A stretch of 64,000 nt of DNA from an uncultured Candidatus Rokubacteria bacterium (GCA_963789955.1 CAWBMV010000034.1:128001-192000), one strand, 5' to 3'; positions 31,331-41,380 are shown, numbered from the stretch's first letter. Numbers and translations: made by a program. The notes: generated by a model not told the origin, from the letters alone.

Positions 31331-32365
31331 ATGCGGATGGTCGACGCCGACACGCTCGAACGGATCACGCGGGACATCTTCGTCGCCTGGAAGGCGCCCC
31401 GCGAAGACGCCTCGTGGATCGCGTCCTTGCTCGTCCGCGCGAACCTGCGCGGCCACGACTCGCACGGCGTGATCCGGATTCCGCACTACGTCCACGCGCT
31501 CAAGACCGGCGACGTCAACCCGACGCCGTCGATCAAGACCGAGATGGAGACCCCGACGATCGCGCGCCTCGACGGCGACAAGGGATTCGGTCAGGTCGTC
31601 GCGCGACACGGCATCACCCTGGCGATCGCGAAGGCGCGGGCGCAGGGCCTCTCGGCCGTCACGCTCCGCCGCACGAACCACGTCGGACGACTCGCCGACT
31701 ACGCGGAGATGGCGGCGGTCCAGGGGCTGATCGGCATGCTCTGGGTGAACGCGCCGACCGCGTTGAACGTCGCGCCGTGGGGCGGCGCCGCGCGGCGCCT
31801 CGGGACCAACCCGCACGCGGTGGCGGTCCCGGGCCCGAACGCGACGGTCGCGATGTCGCACGATTTCGCCACCAGCGTCGTCGCCGAGGGGAAGCTGAAG
31901 GTGAAGTTCAACCGCGGCGAGAAGGTGGCCCCCGGCATCATGCGCAACGGCCGCGGCGAGCCCTCGACCGATCCGCGCGAGTACTACACCGACCCGCCCG
32001 GCTCGCTGATCACGGCCGGAGAGCACAAGGGCTACGGCCTGTCGCTCGCGGTCGAGATCCTCGGCGGCATCCTCTCGGGCACCGGCCCGGCGCGGCCGGA
32101 CAAGGGCCCGGTGAGCAACGGCGTCCTGATGATGTGCATCGATCCCGGGCGCTTCCTGCCGCCGGGCGACTTCCACGCTCAGGTCGCCACGCTCTTCGGC
32201 TTCGTGCGGTCGGCGCCGCTGGCCAGCGGGTCGGAGGAGATCCTGATCCCGGGCGAGCCCGAGGCGCGCATCTCGCGTGAGCGCCGCGCCGGCGGCGTGC
32301 CGATCGACGACGAGACGTGGCGGCAGATCACGGCATGCGCCGCCGAGGTCGGTGTCGATGCTTGA
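31331..32365 (+). CDS. Ldh_2 family (malate/L-lactate/sulfolactate/ureidoglycolate) dehydrogenase
   Basis: GHDSHG, HVGRL, GTNP, DFATS, HKGYGL, IPGE. GGAGG ribosome-binding site upstream. Confidence 0.9.
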   Translation: MRMVDADTLERITRDIFVAWKAPREDASWIASLLVRANLRGHDSHGVIRIPHYVHALKTGDVNPTPSIKTEMETPTIARLDGDKGFGQVVARHGITLAIAKARAQGLSAVTLRRTNHVGRLADYAEMAAVQGLIGMLWVNAPTALNVAPWGGAARRLGTNPHAVAVPGPNATVAMSHDFATSVVAEGKLKVKFNRGEKVAPGIMRNGRGEPSTDPREYYTDPPGSLITAGEHKGYGLSLAVEILGGILSGTGPARPDKGPVSNGVLMMCIDPGRFLPPGDFHAQVATLFGFVRSAPLASGSEEILIPGEPEARISRERRAGGVPIDDETWRQITACAAEVGVDA

Positions 32366-32582
32366 GGTCGTCACGATGAAGGAGATCGATGCGATCTTCA
32401 CGGTGACCGACGCGCTCGGCATCCACCGCGAGCAGCTCGTGATCCCGCTCGGTCCCGCCGCGCCCGGGCGCGTCCGCCGTTTGCCCAGCGGCAAGCTCGA
32501 GATCACGGTCGAGGCCGCGCGCCCGATCGACGAATGGCTCACGGAGCTTCCGCGGCTGATCGCCGCCGCCCAGGGGAAGTGA
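32358..32582 (+). CDS. Small hypothetical protein (74 aa)
   Basis: MLEVVTMKEIDAIF...; overlaps the upstream stop, typical codon usage, fills the operon gap. Confidence 0.6.
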   Translation: MLEVVTMKEIDAIFTVTDALGIHREQLVIPLGPAAPGRVRRLPSGKLEITVEAARPIDEWLTELPRLIAAAQGK

Positions 32583-32583
32583 G

Positions 32584-33897
32584 CTGACGGCAGGACTCAG
32601 GCGCGGGCTCGGACTCGTCCCGCTCGCCGCGATCGTCTTCTTCAACGTGAGCGGCGGACCCTACGGGATCGAGGACACGGTCCCCGCGCTCGGCCCGGGG
32701 ATGACGCTCGTGCTGCTGATCCTCACGCCGCTCCTCTGGAGCGCGCCCGTCGCGCTGGTGATGGCCGAGCTCGCGTCGGCCATGCCGGACGAGGGCGGCT
32801 ATGTCACGTGGACGCGCCGGGCGTTCGGTCCGTACTGGGCGTTCCAGGTCGGCTGGTGGAGCTGGATCGATAGCTTCGTCGACGTCGCGGTATACCCGGC
32901 GCTCTTCGTCGAGTACCTGCGCTTCTGGGTCCCCGAGATGGCGCCGCTCGAGCGCTGGCTCCTGGTCGTCGCCTTCATCGTCGTGCTGACCGGGCTCAAT
33001 CTTCTCGGCGTCCGACCGACCGGCCACGCGGCCGTCCTGCTGGCGGTCGTGGCGCTCCTGCCGGTCGCCGCGCTGACGGTGGCCGCGCTGCTCGGGCCGC
33101 GGATATCGCCGTGGACGCCGCTGGCGCCGACCGGCCAGGGACTGGAGACTCTCGGGCTCGGACTCGCCGTGGTGATGTGGAACTACTCCGGATGGGACAC
33201 GCCGTCGACGATTCTCGGCGAGGCCCGCTCGCCTGAGCGCACGTTTCGCTCGGCGACGTTTCTCGCGCTGCCGGTGCTGACCGCCGCGTACGTCCTGCCC
33301 GTGGGCGCCGCCCTCGCCAGCGGCGCGCTCGAGTGGGGTCAGTGGACGACCGGCGTCCTGCCGGTGATCGCGCAATCGGTTGGGGGCGCGTGGCTCGGCC
33401 ACGCGGTGGCGGCCGGCGCCGTGCTCAGCACTGCCGGGCTCTTCTTGTCGCTGCTGCTCACGAACTCACGGCTGCCGTACGTGCTGGCGCGTGACCACGT
33501 GATGCCCGCGTGGCTCGGCGCCGTCGACCCGCGCTTCGGCACGCCGTGGACCGCGGTCCTCGTCTCGGCGGCCCTGTACGCCGCCTTCGCGGTGTTCTCG
33601 TTCAAGGAGCTGATCGTCCTGAACGTCTGGCTCTACTCGCTGAGCCTGCTGGTCGAGCTCGCGGCGTTCGTCCGGCTGCGCGTGACGGCGCCGGACATGC
33701 CGCGGCCGTGGCGGGTTCCCGGCGGACCGCTCGTCGCGGTGGGCGTGGTCGCCTTCCCTGTCCTGTTCTGTCTCGGCGCGATGGCGACGGCGGGCTGGAT
33801 GAACACGATCGCCGGCGGCGCGGCGGCGATCACGGGTCCGCTCGCCTACCGTTTGCTCGGCCGGCGCGCGGTGCTGGTCGGAGAGGGCCGGGCGTGA
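32584..33897 (+). CDS. APC-family amino acid/polyamine permease
   Basis: FFNVSGGPYGIE, AELASAMP.EGGY, MWNYSGWD, SRLPY. About 12 hydrophobic segments; start approximate. Confidence 0.88.
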   Translation: MTAGLRRGLGLVPLAAIVFFNVSGGPYGIEDTVPALGPGMTLVLLILTPLLWSAPVALVMAELASAMPDEGGYVTWTRRAFGPYWAFQVGWWSWIDSFVDVAVYPALFVEYLRFWVPEMAPLERWLLVVAFIVVLTGLNLLGVRPTGHAAVLLAVVALLPVAALTVAALLGPRISPWTPLAPTGQGLETLGLGLAVVMWNYSGWDTPSTILGEARSPERTFRSATFLALPVLTAAYVLPVGAALASGALEWGQWTTGVLPVIAQSVGGAWLGHAVAAGAVLSTAGLFLSLLLTNSRLPYVLARDHVMPAWLGAVDPRFGTPWTAVLVSAALYAAFAVFSFKELIVLNVWLYSLSLLVELAAFVRLRVTAPDMPRPWRVPGGPLVAVGVVAFPVLFCLGAMATAGWMNTIAGGAAAITGPLAYRLLGRRAVLVGEGRA

Positions 33898-34282
33898 AAG
33901 GACTGGTCAAGAGCGTGTGTAACCGGCTCGTGCGCGCCGACGTCGCGCTGATCCCGGACGACGCGCGAGTCTATTTCCGCGACGTCTACGACCACGCGAT
34001 CCGGATCAACGAGATGATCGACACCCTGCGAGAGCTGCTTGACGACGGCCCTCGAGGCGAACCTCTCGCTCATCTCGGTCTCGCAGAACGAGGCGATGAA
34101 GCGCCTCGCGGCGTGGGCGGCGATCATCGCGGTGCCGACCATGATCGCGGGAGTCTACGGCATGAACTTCAAGTTCATGCCCGAGCTCGAGTGGCTCGTG
34201 GGGATATCCGGTGACGATGATCGTCATGGTCGGGGCTTGCGGGTTCCTCTACTACCGCTTCAAGCGCGCCGGCTGGCTCTGA
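33894..34282 (+). pseudogene. corA: CorA Mg/Co transporter C-terminal fragment (~130 codons, indels)
   Basis: YFRDVYDH, QNEAMKRL, AGVYGMNFKFMPEL, YRFKRAGWL. N-terminal cytoplasmic domain absent. Confidence 0.75.
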
Positions 34283-34631
34283 CCGGGGAACGCCCGAGGT
34301 TCTCCTCGATGACCGCGGCCAGGCAGTCGAGAGAGCCGAGCGAGTAGACGTAGGTCTTCCAGTCGACGGCGACGTGATCCTCGCGCGCGCCGGGCGGTCC
34401 CAGCGGAAAGATCTCGACCGAGACGTTGGGACCCGTTCCCGAGCAGCCGCCGGCGCAGCCTTCGCGCAGTCGCACGCGCTCACCCAGGCCGCGCTCGGCC
34501 ACGAGCTCCGCGAGGTGTTGGAGGATCGCCTCCGCGTTCAGGCGGACGGCGCGGCCGCCGCGCGTGATCGGGAGCACCACGACGCCGCGCTCGCGCGGGC
34601 AGACCGTGATCACGATCCTGCGCGGTGTCAT
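34260..34631 (-). CDS. Thioredoxin-like (2Fe-2S) ferredoxin-domain protein
   Basis: ITVC...GCAGGCSGTGPNV. ATGA coupling to the kinase gene. Confidence 0.55.
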   Translation of the reverse strand: MTPRRIVITVCPRERGVVVLPITRGGRAVRLNAEAILQHLAELVAERGLGERVRLREGCAGGCSGTGPNVSVEIFPLGPPGAREDHVAVDWKTYVYSLGSLDCLAAVIEENLGRSPVRASRRA

Positions 34632-35494
34632 GAGCGCGCCAGCGCCGCGGCCAGCCGCGCGGCCGCGACGACGGGCTCTTCCGCCGGGCGATGCCATCGT
34701 GCCCTGAGCCCGGCGCGGGCGACCGCGCGAATCAACCCGGCGCGATACCATCGGTCGGCGAGCACGCTGCCCGCCCAGCTCGCGTTCACCGTGCCGCCGA
34801 GCTGCAGCGCCCGCGCGACCTCGAGCGCGCCCGCCGCGAGCTGCCGCTGGCCCTCGGCCGCGATTCGGCGGGCGCGCCGATCTCCACGACGCGCGCGCGC
34901 GAGCACGTCCGGCGCGAGCGCGGCGATCGTCTTCACCGGATCGCGGCCGTGGGAGGCGCGAAGCGCGGGCAGCAGGTTTCCGTTCCGGACCGTCGCGCGA
35001 AGCCACTCGCGGCCGAGCCAGAATCCGGAGCCTTCGTCGCCGAGCGCCGGTCCGAGACCGCCGGCGCGCGCCCAGCGGCCGCGCGCGTTTCGACCGACGA
35101 CGATCGATCCGGTGCCCGAGAGCAGGAGCACGCCGGGCTTCCGTCCGAGCGCGCCGAGCAGAGCGGCCTGAGCGTCGGAGATCACGAGCACTCGCGCCGC
35201 GAGCCCGCGAAGCGCGCGCGCGAGGGTTCGGCGCTCGGCGGGAGTCCAGAGGCCGCGCGACGCGACCACGAGCGCGGCGACACGCCGCCGACTCCATCGA
35301 CGGCGACGCCAGATCGCGCGCAAGACGGACGCGAGCTGCTGGAGATCGCGATCGGTGGGAACGACGGAGGTCGTGACGCGATGTGCGTTCCAAACCGCGA
35401 CGCGGATCCACGTTCCGCCGACGTCCGCGCCCACGCACACGGCCCTTCGTTTGGACGCGTGTCTTTCCGCGGAGGAGGTTGCCACTCTGTCCAT
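34628..35494 (-). CDS. BadF/BadG/BcrA/BcrD-family sugar kinase (GlcNAc/MurNAc kinase-like)
   Basis: GADVGGT, SDA, SGTGS, AGGLGPALGDEGSGFWLG. Start uncertain. Confidence 0.8.
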   Translation of the reverse strand: MDRVATSSAERHASKRRAVCVGADVGGTWIRVAVWNAHRVTTSVVPTDRDLQQLASVLRAIWRRRRWSRRRVAALVVASRGLWTPAERRTLARALRGLAARVLVISDAQAALLGALGRKPGVLLLSGTGSIVVGRNARGRWARAGGLGPALGDEGSGFWLGREWLRATVRNGNLLPALRASHGRDPVKTIAALAPDVLARARRGDRRARRIAAEGQRQLAAGALEVARALQLGGTVNASWAGSVLADRWYRAGLIRAVARAGLRARWHRPAEEPVVAAARLAAALARS

Positions 35495-35557
35495 TATGAG
35501 GCCGATCAAATGATCCGGAGGCCTCTGAAATAACAGGCTTTCCGCTTATTCCGGCAC

Positions 35558-35573
35558 TGGCATACCGGATGCT
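35558..35573 (+). promoter_or_regulatory. Putative sigma54 -24/-12 promoter of mlaC
   Basis: TGGCATACCGGATGCT (GG-N10-GC), followed by GGAGGA and ATG 35599. Confidence 0.55.
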
Positions 35574-35598
35574 CCCATACCGGCCCGGAGGATTAGCC

Positions 35599-36231
35599 AT
35601 GGGTAAGGCACTCGCCGCCTGGATCATGATGGCCGGAGCCGTCGCGGCCCCCGCGATGGGTCCACGGGAAACCGTGGAGACGGCCGTCATCCGGGTGATC
35701 AATCTCACGCAGGATATCGAGCCTGCTGCGAAGTCGGAGTCGGCGGTACCCAGGCAGTCGGCGGACAAACGGACCGAGATCCGGAGGATCGCGCGTGACC
35801 TCTTCGACTTCGAAGAGGTGACCCGGCGTACGCTCTCCCGCCACTGGGCGGCGCGCACGCAGGACGAGCGGAACGAGTTCGTGGCGCTCTTCACCGAGAT
35901 GCTCGAGCGCGCCTATATCAACCGGGTCGAGGCCTACGCCGGCGAGAACATCACGTATATCGGCGAGGCCATCGATGCGAGCTACGCCACCGTGCGGTCG
36001 AAGATCATCACGGACCGCCGCAGCGAGCTCACGCTCGACTACCGGCTCCATCTCCGGGACGGTCGGTGGCGGGTCTACGATCTGCAGATCGACGGGGTGA
36101 GCTTCGTCTCGACCTACCGTAGCCAGTTCGATCGGATCATCCAGGCCGAATCGTACTCGGCCCTCCTCGAGCGCATGCGCAAGAAGAGCTTCGAAGCCAA
36201 CGTGGCCGAGCGCGCGGGCAAGAAGCTCTAG
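35599..36231 (+). CDS. mlaC: MlaC/Ttg2D phospholipid-binding periplasmic protein
   Basis: Signal peptide, FDFEEVTRRTLSRHW, LDYRL, WRVYDLQIDGVSFVSTYRSQF. Confidence 0.88.
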   Translation: MGKALAAWIMMAGAVAAPAMGPRETVETAVIRVINLTQDIEPAAKSESAVPRQSADKRTEIRRIARDLFDFEEVTRRTLSRHWAARTQDERNEFVALFTEMLERAYINRVEAYAGENITYIGEAIDASYATVRSKIITDRRSELTLDYRLHLRDGRWRVYDLQIDGVSFVSTYRSQFDRIIQAESYSALLERMRKKSFEANVAERAGKKL

Positions 36232-36258
36232 GAAACGGGCGCCGTCGGCGCCGTCCGC

Positions 36259-36297
36259 AACGGGGGCGGGTCCTCAGGACTCGCCCCCGTTCTTTTT
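36259..36297 (+). terminator. Rho-independent terminator after mlaC
   Basis: AACGGGGGCGGGTCC-TCA-GGACTCGCCCCCGTT stem followed by CTTTTT. Confidence 0.8.
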
Positions 36298-37196
36298 CAG
36301 GGCCGCTCGCTCGGGAGCCCCAGGATCCAGCCTTCCACGGCCCGCGCCGCTTCCGGCGGCTCCGGCATTCGGTCGTCGAGGAGAAGCTTCGCCAGCCCGA
36401 TGCAGGCGATCGTGGCATCGAACGGATCCTCGCCGGCCCTGGACACGCCGAAGCCGCCACGCAGGAGCGCCCGGACCGCGTCGAGATCGAGCCGAGCGTC
36501 GCCGCTCACGCGGCCGAGGAGCGCGCGGCCGCAGGCAGCGCGCGCCGCGGGATCGGACTTGCGCGCGACGGTGACCCCGAGCGTCCGGAGAAGGAACGCC
36601 GGGTACATCTCCGCGAGGATCGGCCGGTCGGCAGCGAGGAGCTCTTTCAGCGGCCCGTCGAACGGCCACAGGGCGACGCGATCGAGTCGCGGCGTGATGA
36701 GCTCGCGCCAGATGCACACCGCCGATCGCCCGACCTGGCGCGGGCCGACGAGCCAGAAGATCGGTCCCGCGCCCGCGAGCCGGTCGCAGGCGCGCGGTGC
36801 GAACGCCGCGTCGCCGAGGATCTGGCGGAGATGGTCGCGCGACGTTCCTTTCACGCCCCGCGCCGGGTAGAAGGGCCGTTCGGTCGTGATGTCCGCGGCG
36901 CATTCGGCGAGCTCGTAGAAGCGCCCGAATCGGCCGTTACCGAACTGTCCCAGGGCCGCCCGGAAGGAACCGAGGTCCGCCCTCGCCGCGTACTCGCGTG
37001 ACACGCCGATCGGGCAGTCGAACGCGGCGAGCGCTCCAGGGCGAAGCTCGAGAGCTCCGATGTCTTCCACGGGACGCGGGGCCGAGAGGACGTACCGGCC
37101 GTCGCTGAGGACCGCCCGGCACATCTGCCGCTTGGCTGGTGTGGAGCCCCAGTCGAACGCGAGGATTTCGGCGGGCAGTCGGCGGAGCCGACTCAC
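36297..37196 (-). CDS. DUF429-like protein (predicted RNase H-like fold)
   Basis: AFDWG, AFDCPIG, EMYPA, DPFDA acidic motifs. GTGA-coupled to nagZ. Confidence 0.65.
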   Translation of the reverse strand: MSRLRRLPAEILAFDWGSTPAKRQMCRAVLSDGRYVLSAPRPVEDIGALELRPGALAAFDCPIGVSREYAARADLGSFRAALGQFGNGRFGRFYELAECAADITTERPFYPARGVKGTSRDHLRQILGDAAFAPRACDRLAGAGPIFWLVGPRQVGRSAVCIWRELITPRLDRVALWPFDGPLKELLAADRPILAEMYPAFLLRTLGVTVARKSDPAARAACGRALLGRVSGDARLDLDAVRALLRGGFGVSRAGEDPFDATIACIGLAKLLLDDRMPEPPEAARAVEGWILGLPSERP

Positions 37197-38710
37197 CCCT
37201 GGACGAGGCGCGCGATGACCGCGTCGAGCTGGCACTTCCTGAATCCGTACGCGGTGACGCCGAGGACTCCGGGCGCGAGCATGTCGGCATCGTACGGATC
37301 GCGCATCAGCACGACCGCGAGCGCGCGCGACCGCGACTGAAGCTCCTTGAGCAGCTTCGCGTTCGACGCGTAGAGATGCGCGTCGAACAGGAAGAGCACG
37401 ACCGCGTCGGAGGCATCGGCGAGCGCGCCCGCGGCGGCGATCTCCGCGTCGGTCGGCTCGATCGCGACGAGCCGCGTCTCGGGCGTGATGCCGGCGGTCC
37501 CGAACGCGCCCGCGACGTAAGCCTTCTCGGCGGCGATCTCGGGCTCGATCGTGATTCTCGGCGCCAGATCCGAGAAGCGCGGGAAGACGACCCCGACACG
37601 CCCGTTCAGCGCGCGTCGCAGCTCGGGCCGTCCGGCCGAGACCACCGTGACCGCGCGCGCCGCGATCGCCCGGGCGAGCGGCAGAGCGTCGGGCTCGGCC
37701 GCGGGCGGCCCGCCGTCGAAGCGGGCGGTGCGGCGGGCGCGCATGCGTCGTATGCGCTCCACCGATGCCTCGAGATCCCGCATGGGCTGCGCTCCCGAAC
37801 GATAGGCCTCCAGGAGCGCCTTGGCGGCCGCGCGCTGCGCCGGCTCGGTGTGGCAGACGAGCAGGAGGTCGTGGCCGGCCGCCGCCGTGCGGGTGGTCGC
37901 CTCACCGATCGGGCACGTCTCGCCGATCGCCCCCATCTCCAGGTCGTCCGAGATGATCACGCCTGAGAATCCGGCTTCCTGGCGCAGGTAGTCGTGCACG
38001 ATGCGCCGCGAGAAGGTCGCCGGCACGCGCGAGGCATCGAGATTCGGATAGACGGGATGGCTCGTCATCAAGCTGTCGATGCCGTCCGCGATCGCGGCGT
38101 GGAAGGGCGGCAGATGCGTCGCCTTCATCTCCGCCCAGGTCGACTCGATCGTGGGCAGACGCAGATGGGCGTCGAGAGGAGAGTGGCCCTTGCCGGGAAA
38201 ATGCTTGGCGCACGCCGAGACGCCGCCCTTCTGCATGCCCTTGATCCGTGCGAGTCCGTAGCGCGCGACCAGGCCCGGGTCCTTGCCGTACGACCGGATC
38301 CCGATATTCGGGCTGTAGCGGTCGGTGAGCACGTCGAGCACGGGCCCGAAATTGAGATCCACGCCCAGCCGGCGCAGCTCGCGCGCTTCGAATACGCCCT
38401 GACGATACGGGAACGCTTCGTCGCCCGCCGTCCCCACCGCGAGGTTGTCGGGGAAGATCGTCGTCCCCTGTCCGAGCATGACGATGCGGCCGCCCTCGTG
38501 GTCGGTCGCGACGAGCAAGCGGCGATCGAGCGCCGACTCGAGATCTTTCAGGAGCTGCGTGTGCTGCTCCGGTGATTCGAAGTTTCGGCGGTACAGGATG
38601 AGCCCGCCGGCGCGCGTCTCGCGGAAGAGCTTGATGTCGGTGTCGGTCAGCTTGGGGCCGGCGAGACCGAAGACCAGCCGCTCGCCGACGAGGCTCTCGA
38701 GGTCGGTCAC
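37193..38710 (-). CDS. nagZ: GH3 beta-N-acetylhexosaminidase (two-domain)
   Basis: ATDHEGGRI, GPVLDV, IGIRSYG, KHFPGKGHSPLDAH (variant of KHFPGHG..DSH), ISDDLEMGA. Confidence 0.9.
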   Translation of the reverse strand: MTDLESLVGERLVFGLAGPKLTDTDIKLFRETRAGGLILYRRNFESPEQHTQLLKDLESALDRRLLVATDHEGGRIVMLGQGTTIFPDNLAVGTAGDEAFPYRQGVFEARELRRLGVDLNFGPVLDVLTDRYSPNIGIRSYGKDPGLVARYGLARIKGMQKGGVSACAKHFPGKGHSPLDAHLRLPTIESTWAEMKATHLPPFHAAIADGIDSLMTSHPVYPNLDASRVPATFSRRIVHDYLRQEAGFSGVIISDDLEMGAIGETCPIGEATTRTAAAGHDLLLVCHTEPAQRAAAKALLEAYRSGAQPMRDLEASVERIRRMRARRTARFDGGPPAAEPDALPLARAIAARAVTVVSAGRPELRRALNGRVGVVFPRFSDLAPRITIEPEIAAEKAYVAGAFGTAGITPETRLVAIEPTDAEIAAAGALADASDAVVLFLFDAHLYASNAKLLKELQSRSRALAVVLMRDPYDADMLAPGVLGVTAYGFRKCQLDAVIARLVQG

Positions 38711-38722
38711 AGAACAATTATA
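38711..38722 (-). promoter_or_regulatory. Consensus -10 directly before the nagZ start (leaderless-type)
   Basis: Minus TATAAT (38722-38717), 6 nt, GTG 38710. Confidence 0.6.
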
Positions 38723-38767
38723 GGCTGCCGACCGCTCGACACCCTCGACCTGCGATACACGCCTAAC

Positions 38768-38875
38768 TGTCAGACGACTGACACCGCCGAGGTGCCAGCC
38801 ACGGCCGAGCTCAAACAAAAAAGCCAGAAAAATCCTGAGGATTTCTTTCTGGGGTCAGCTGGCATGGCTGCTGCA
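38768..38875 (+). promoter_or_regulatory. Putative sigma54 promoter with upstream palindromic activator site
   Basis: TGTCAG-ACGA-CTGACA (TGT-N10-ACA, 38768-83), an A/T-rich spacer, then TGGCATGGCTGCTGCA (38860-75). Confidence 0.55.
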
Positions 38876-38895
38876 GTTCTCTGTACCGGCAGATT

Positions 38896-39381
38896 ATGCG
38901 AAGGCACAGACTGATCCCGGGTCTCGTGGTCGTGAGCGTTCTCACAATCGCGACGGCCGCGGGCGCACAGGTCCAGACGAAGCCCAAGGCGCCTGGGGCG
39001 CCCACGACCGCACGCGCCTACGACAAGCTCTCGCTCGGGAATCAGAAGGTCGCCTCCGCGCTCTACCAGGCTCAGAGCTCGGTCGTCGCCGCGATCGCGG
39101 CCAACGGGTCGACCCCCGCGTCCAGACCGCTCACCCTGGAGGAGATCGCGGCCAGGCGGCGCGGAGGCCAGGCGTGGGGCCAGATCTTTCGCGACATGAA
39201 GGCGCAGGGGCTCGTGACCGAAAGGACCCTCGGCCGGGTGGTTGCCAACTATCTCCAAGCGGCTGACGCGCCGCCGGCCATGGTCGCCAGCGACAGCAGC
39301 GGCAAATTCGGCGCTCTCGAGATCGGACCGACCGGCCTCACGGGTGGAGCGGCTCACGGTGTCGTCAAGGGAGGGAAGTGA
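38896..39381 (+). CDS. Hypothetical exported protein
   Basis: Signal peptide (..ATAAGA-Q), WGQIFRDMKAQGLV motif. Confidence 0.65.
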   Translation: MRRHRLIPGLVVVSVLTIATAAGAQVQTKPKAPGAPTTARAYDKLSLGNQKVASALYQAQSSVVAAIAANGSTPASRPLTLEEIAARRRGGQAWGQIFRDMKAQGLVTERTLGRVVANYLQAADAPPAMVASDSSGKFGALEIGPTGLTGGAAHGVVKGGK

Positions 39382-39909
39382 TGGACAAGTGGAATCCATG
39401 GAAGGTGACGGCGCTCGCGATGGCTCTCGTCATGGCGACCGCGCTGGTCACCGGCCTCGTCGTCGCCAACTGGTCGGGCTCGAGCCAGGACGTGGCGCAG
39501 CCGGCTTCAGCGCCGCCGAGCACTCGCCTGGTCCAGCAGCCGAGACCGACCAGCGCGAGGCCCGCATCTTCCCAGACCGTTCAAGCGATTCCGTCAGCGC
39601 CCGCGATTCCGACGAAAGAAGTCGTCGACGCCTGTAACCGGTACGCCGCGGCGCAGGTCGGCGAGTCGGACAAGACCACGGAAGTCGTCAAGGACGCCGC
39701 GATTGGAACCGTTGTCGGCGCGGCCGTGGGCGCTGCGGGCGGCGCGGTCGCTGGTGGCGGCAAGGGCGCCGGCAAGGGTGCGGCGATCGGCGGAGTCGTG
39801 GGCGCCGGCGGCGGCACACTCTACGGGCTCAACGAGAACAAGCGGAACGACGAGAAGTACCGCGGCCGCGTATTCGAGCTGCTTGCAGTCGCGCGGCTAC
39901 ACGGGGTAA
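39381..39909 (+). CDS. Glycine-zipper membrane protein (YMGG-like), indel near 39865
   Basis: N-terminal TM, Pro-rich linker, C..YA, GAAVGAAGGAVAGGGKGAGKGAAIGG, then AYSSCLQSRGY in the shifted frame. Confidence 0.75.
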
Positions 39910-39962
39910 CGCGTCGACCCTCGTCCGAGGCCGTGAGTACACTGGGCGGGAAGGAGGGTGTG

Positions 39963-40214
39963 ATGAAGCTTCTGGTGTCAATTCTGGCTGCTGCGGTGAT
40001 GGCGGGCTCGGTCCTGCCGGCCCGCGCGGCTGACGATACGAAGGTCAAGGCGGCGACCGAGCAGGTTCAATCCGGCGCGCGCAAGATCGGCGACGGAAAG
40101 ATCGGCCCGGGCTTCGAGGAAACCGCCAAGGGCGTGGGCAATACGATCGTGGAGGGCGCCAAGTACAGCGGCCACACGATCAAGGACTTCTTCTCGAGGG
40201 TCTTCGGAGCTTAG
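39963..40214 (+). CDS. Small hypothetical exported protein
   Basis: AGGAGG ribosome-binding site, MKLLVSILAAAVMAGSVLPARA signal peptide. Confidence 0.7.
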   Translation: MKLLVSILAAAVMAGSVLPARAADDTKVKAATEQVQSGARKIGDGKIGPGFEETAKGVGNTIVEGAKYSGHTIKDFFSRVFGA

Positions 40215-41380
40215 TAGAGCAGGTACCGAGTACGCAGCCGCTTCCAGCGCTCGAGATCGCGCTGCCAGGCGCGCTCGATCGCCGGAAGCGGCGTTCCCCT
40301 CTCGATCGCTCTCCGGATCACGTCGGTCCCGCACAGGATGTCGATCGGCATGCGCCGCTTCTCGAACTCGTAGGGCGGCCGGCGCCACGCGAATCCGCGC
40401 GGCGCCAGACGACGCGCCACGGCGATCTCGGCCAGCCCGGTGAGGAACGGCTTGAATCGGGCAGCGTCCGTCACGTGGATCTGCACGCCGTCGCAGAGCC
40501 GGCCAGCCCACTTGTGAAACGTCGGCTGGAAGCGCGCGGGCCGGAAGCGCACGCCGGGGAGCCGCTCGCGCTCGAGCGCGGCCGCGTACCGGTGCGCATC
40601 CAGGTACGGCGCGCCGATCCACTCGAACGGCCGCGTCGTCCCGCGACCCTCCGACAAGTTGGTTCCTTCGATGAGACAGCCGCCGGGATACACGCGCGCG
40701 GTGTCGAGCGTCGGCATGTTGGGCGAGGGCGGCACCCACGGGAGCCCCGTGTCTTCCCACAGCATGCGGCGCCGCCACCCACGCATCGGGACGACGGTGA
40801 GCCGGCAGCCGATACCGTGCCGCTCGTTGAGGTAGCGCGCGATCTCTCCGATCGTCAGGCCGTGACGGATGGCCAGCGGGTAGAGTCCGACAAATGAGGC
40901 GAAGGTCGGATCCGCCACGTTGCCCTCGACGATCGCGCCGCCGAGCGGATTGGGCCGGTCGAGCACGACGACGTGGACGCCGCTTCGCGCGCACGCGCGC
41001 ATGACGAGCGCCATGGTCCAGATGAACGTGTAGTAGCGGGAGCCGACATCCTGAAGATCGACGACGACCGTGTCGATGCCGCGCAGCATCGCGTCGGTCG
41101 GCTCGCGGCGCGCGCCGTAGAGGCTCCACACGGGGAGACGCGTCACCGGATCCCGGGTGCCGTCGATCCAGATGTGGTCCTGGGGCGCGCCCCACAATCC
41201 GTGCTCCGGGGCCAGGAGCGTGCGCACCTTGACCCCGCGGAGCTCGCGCAGGAGCTCGACCGCGTGCTCGTAGCGGGAATCGATCGACGCCTGATGCGCG
41301 ACCACGGCGACGCGCTGCCCCCGCAGGAGGCCTCGCCGCCGGCGGACGAGCACCTCGAGGCCGGATTCGACGGGCGGCAC
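40211..41380 (-). CDS. namZ: DUF1343 exo-beta-N-acetylmuramidase
   Basis: APEHG, SLYG, DLQDVGSRYYTFI, LDRPNPLGG, RHGLTIGE, WVPPSPNMP, SEGRGTTRPFE. Confidence 0.92.
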   Translation of the reverse strand: MPPVESGLEVLVRRRRGLLRGQRVAVVAHQASIDSRYEHAVELLRELRGVKVRTLLAPEHGLWGAPQDHIWIDGTRDPVTRLPVWSLYGARREPTDAMLRGIDTVVVDLQDVGSRYYTFIWTMALVMRACARSGVHVVVLDRPNPLGGAIVEGNVADPTFASFVGLYPLAIRHGLTIGEIARYLNERHGIGCRLTVVPMRGWRRRMLWEDTGLPWVPPSPNMPTLDTARVYPGGCLIEGTNLSEGRGTTRPFEWIGAPYLDAHRYAAALERERLPGVRFRPARFQPTFHKWAGRLCDGVQIHVTDAARFKPFLTGLAEIAVARRLAPRGFAWRRPPYEFEKRRMPIDILCGTDVIRRAIERGTPLPAIERAWQRDLERWKRLRTRYLLY

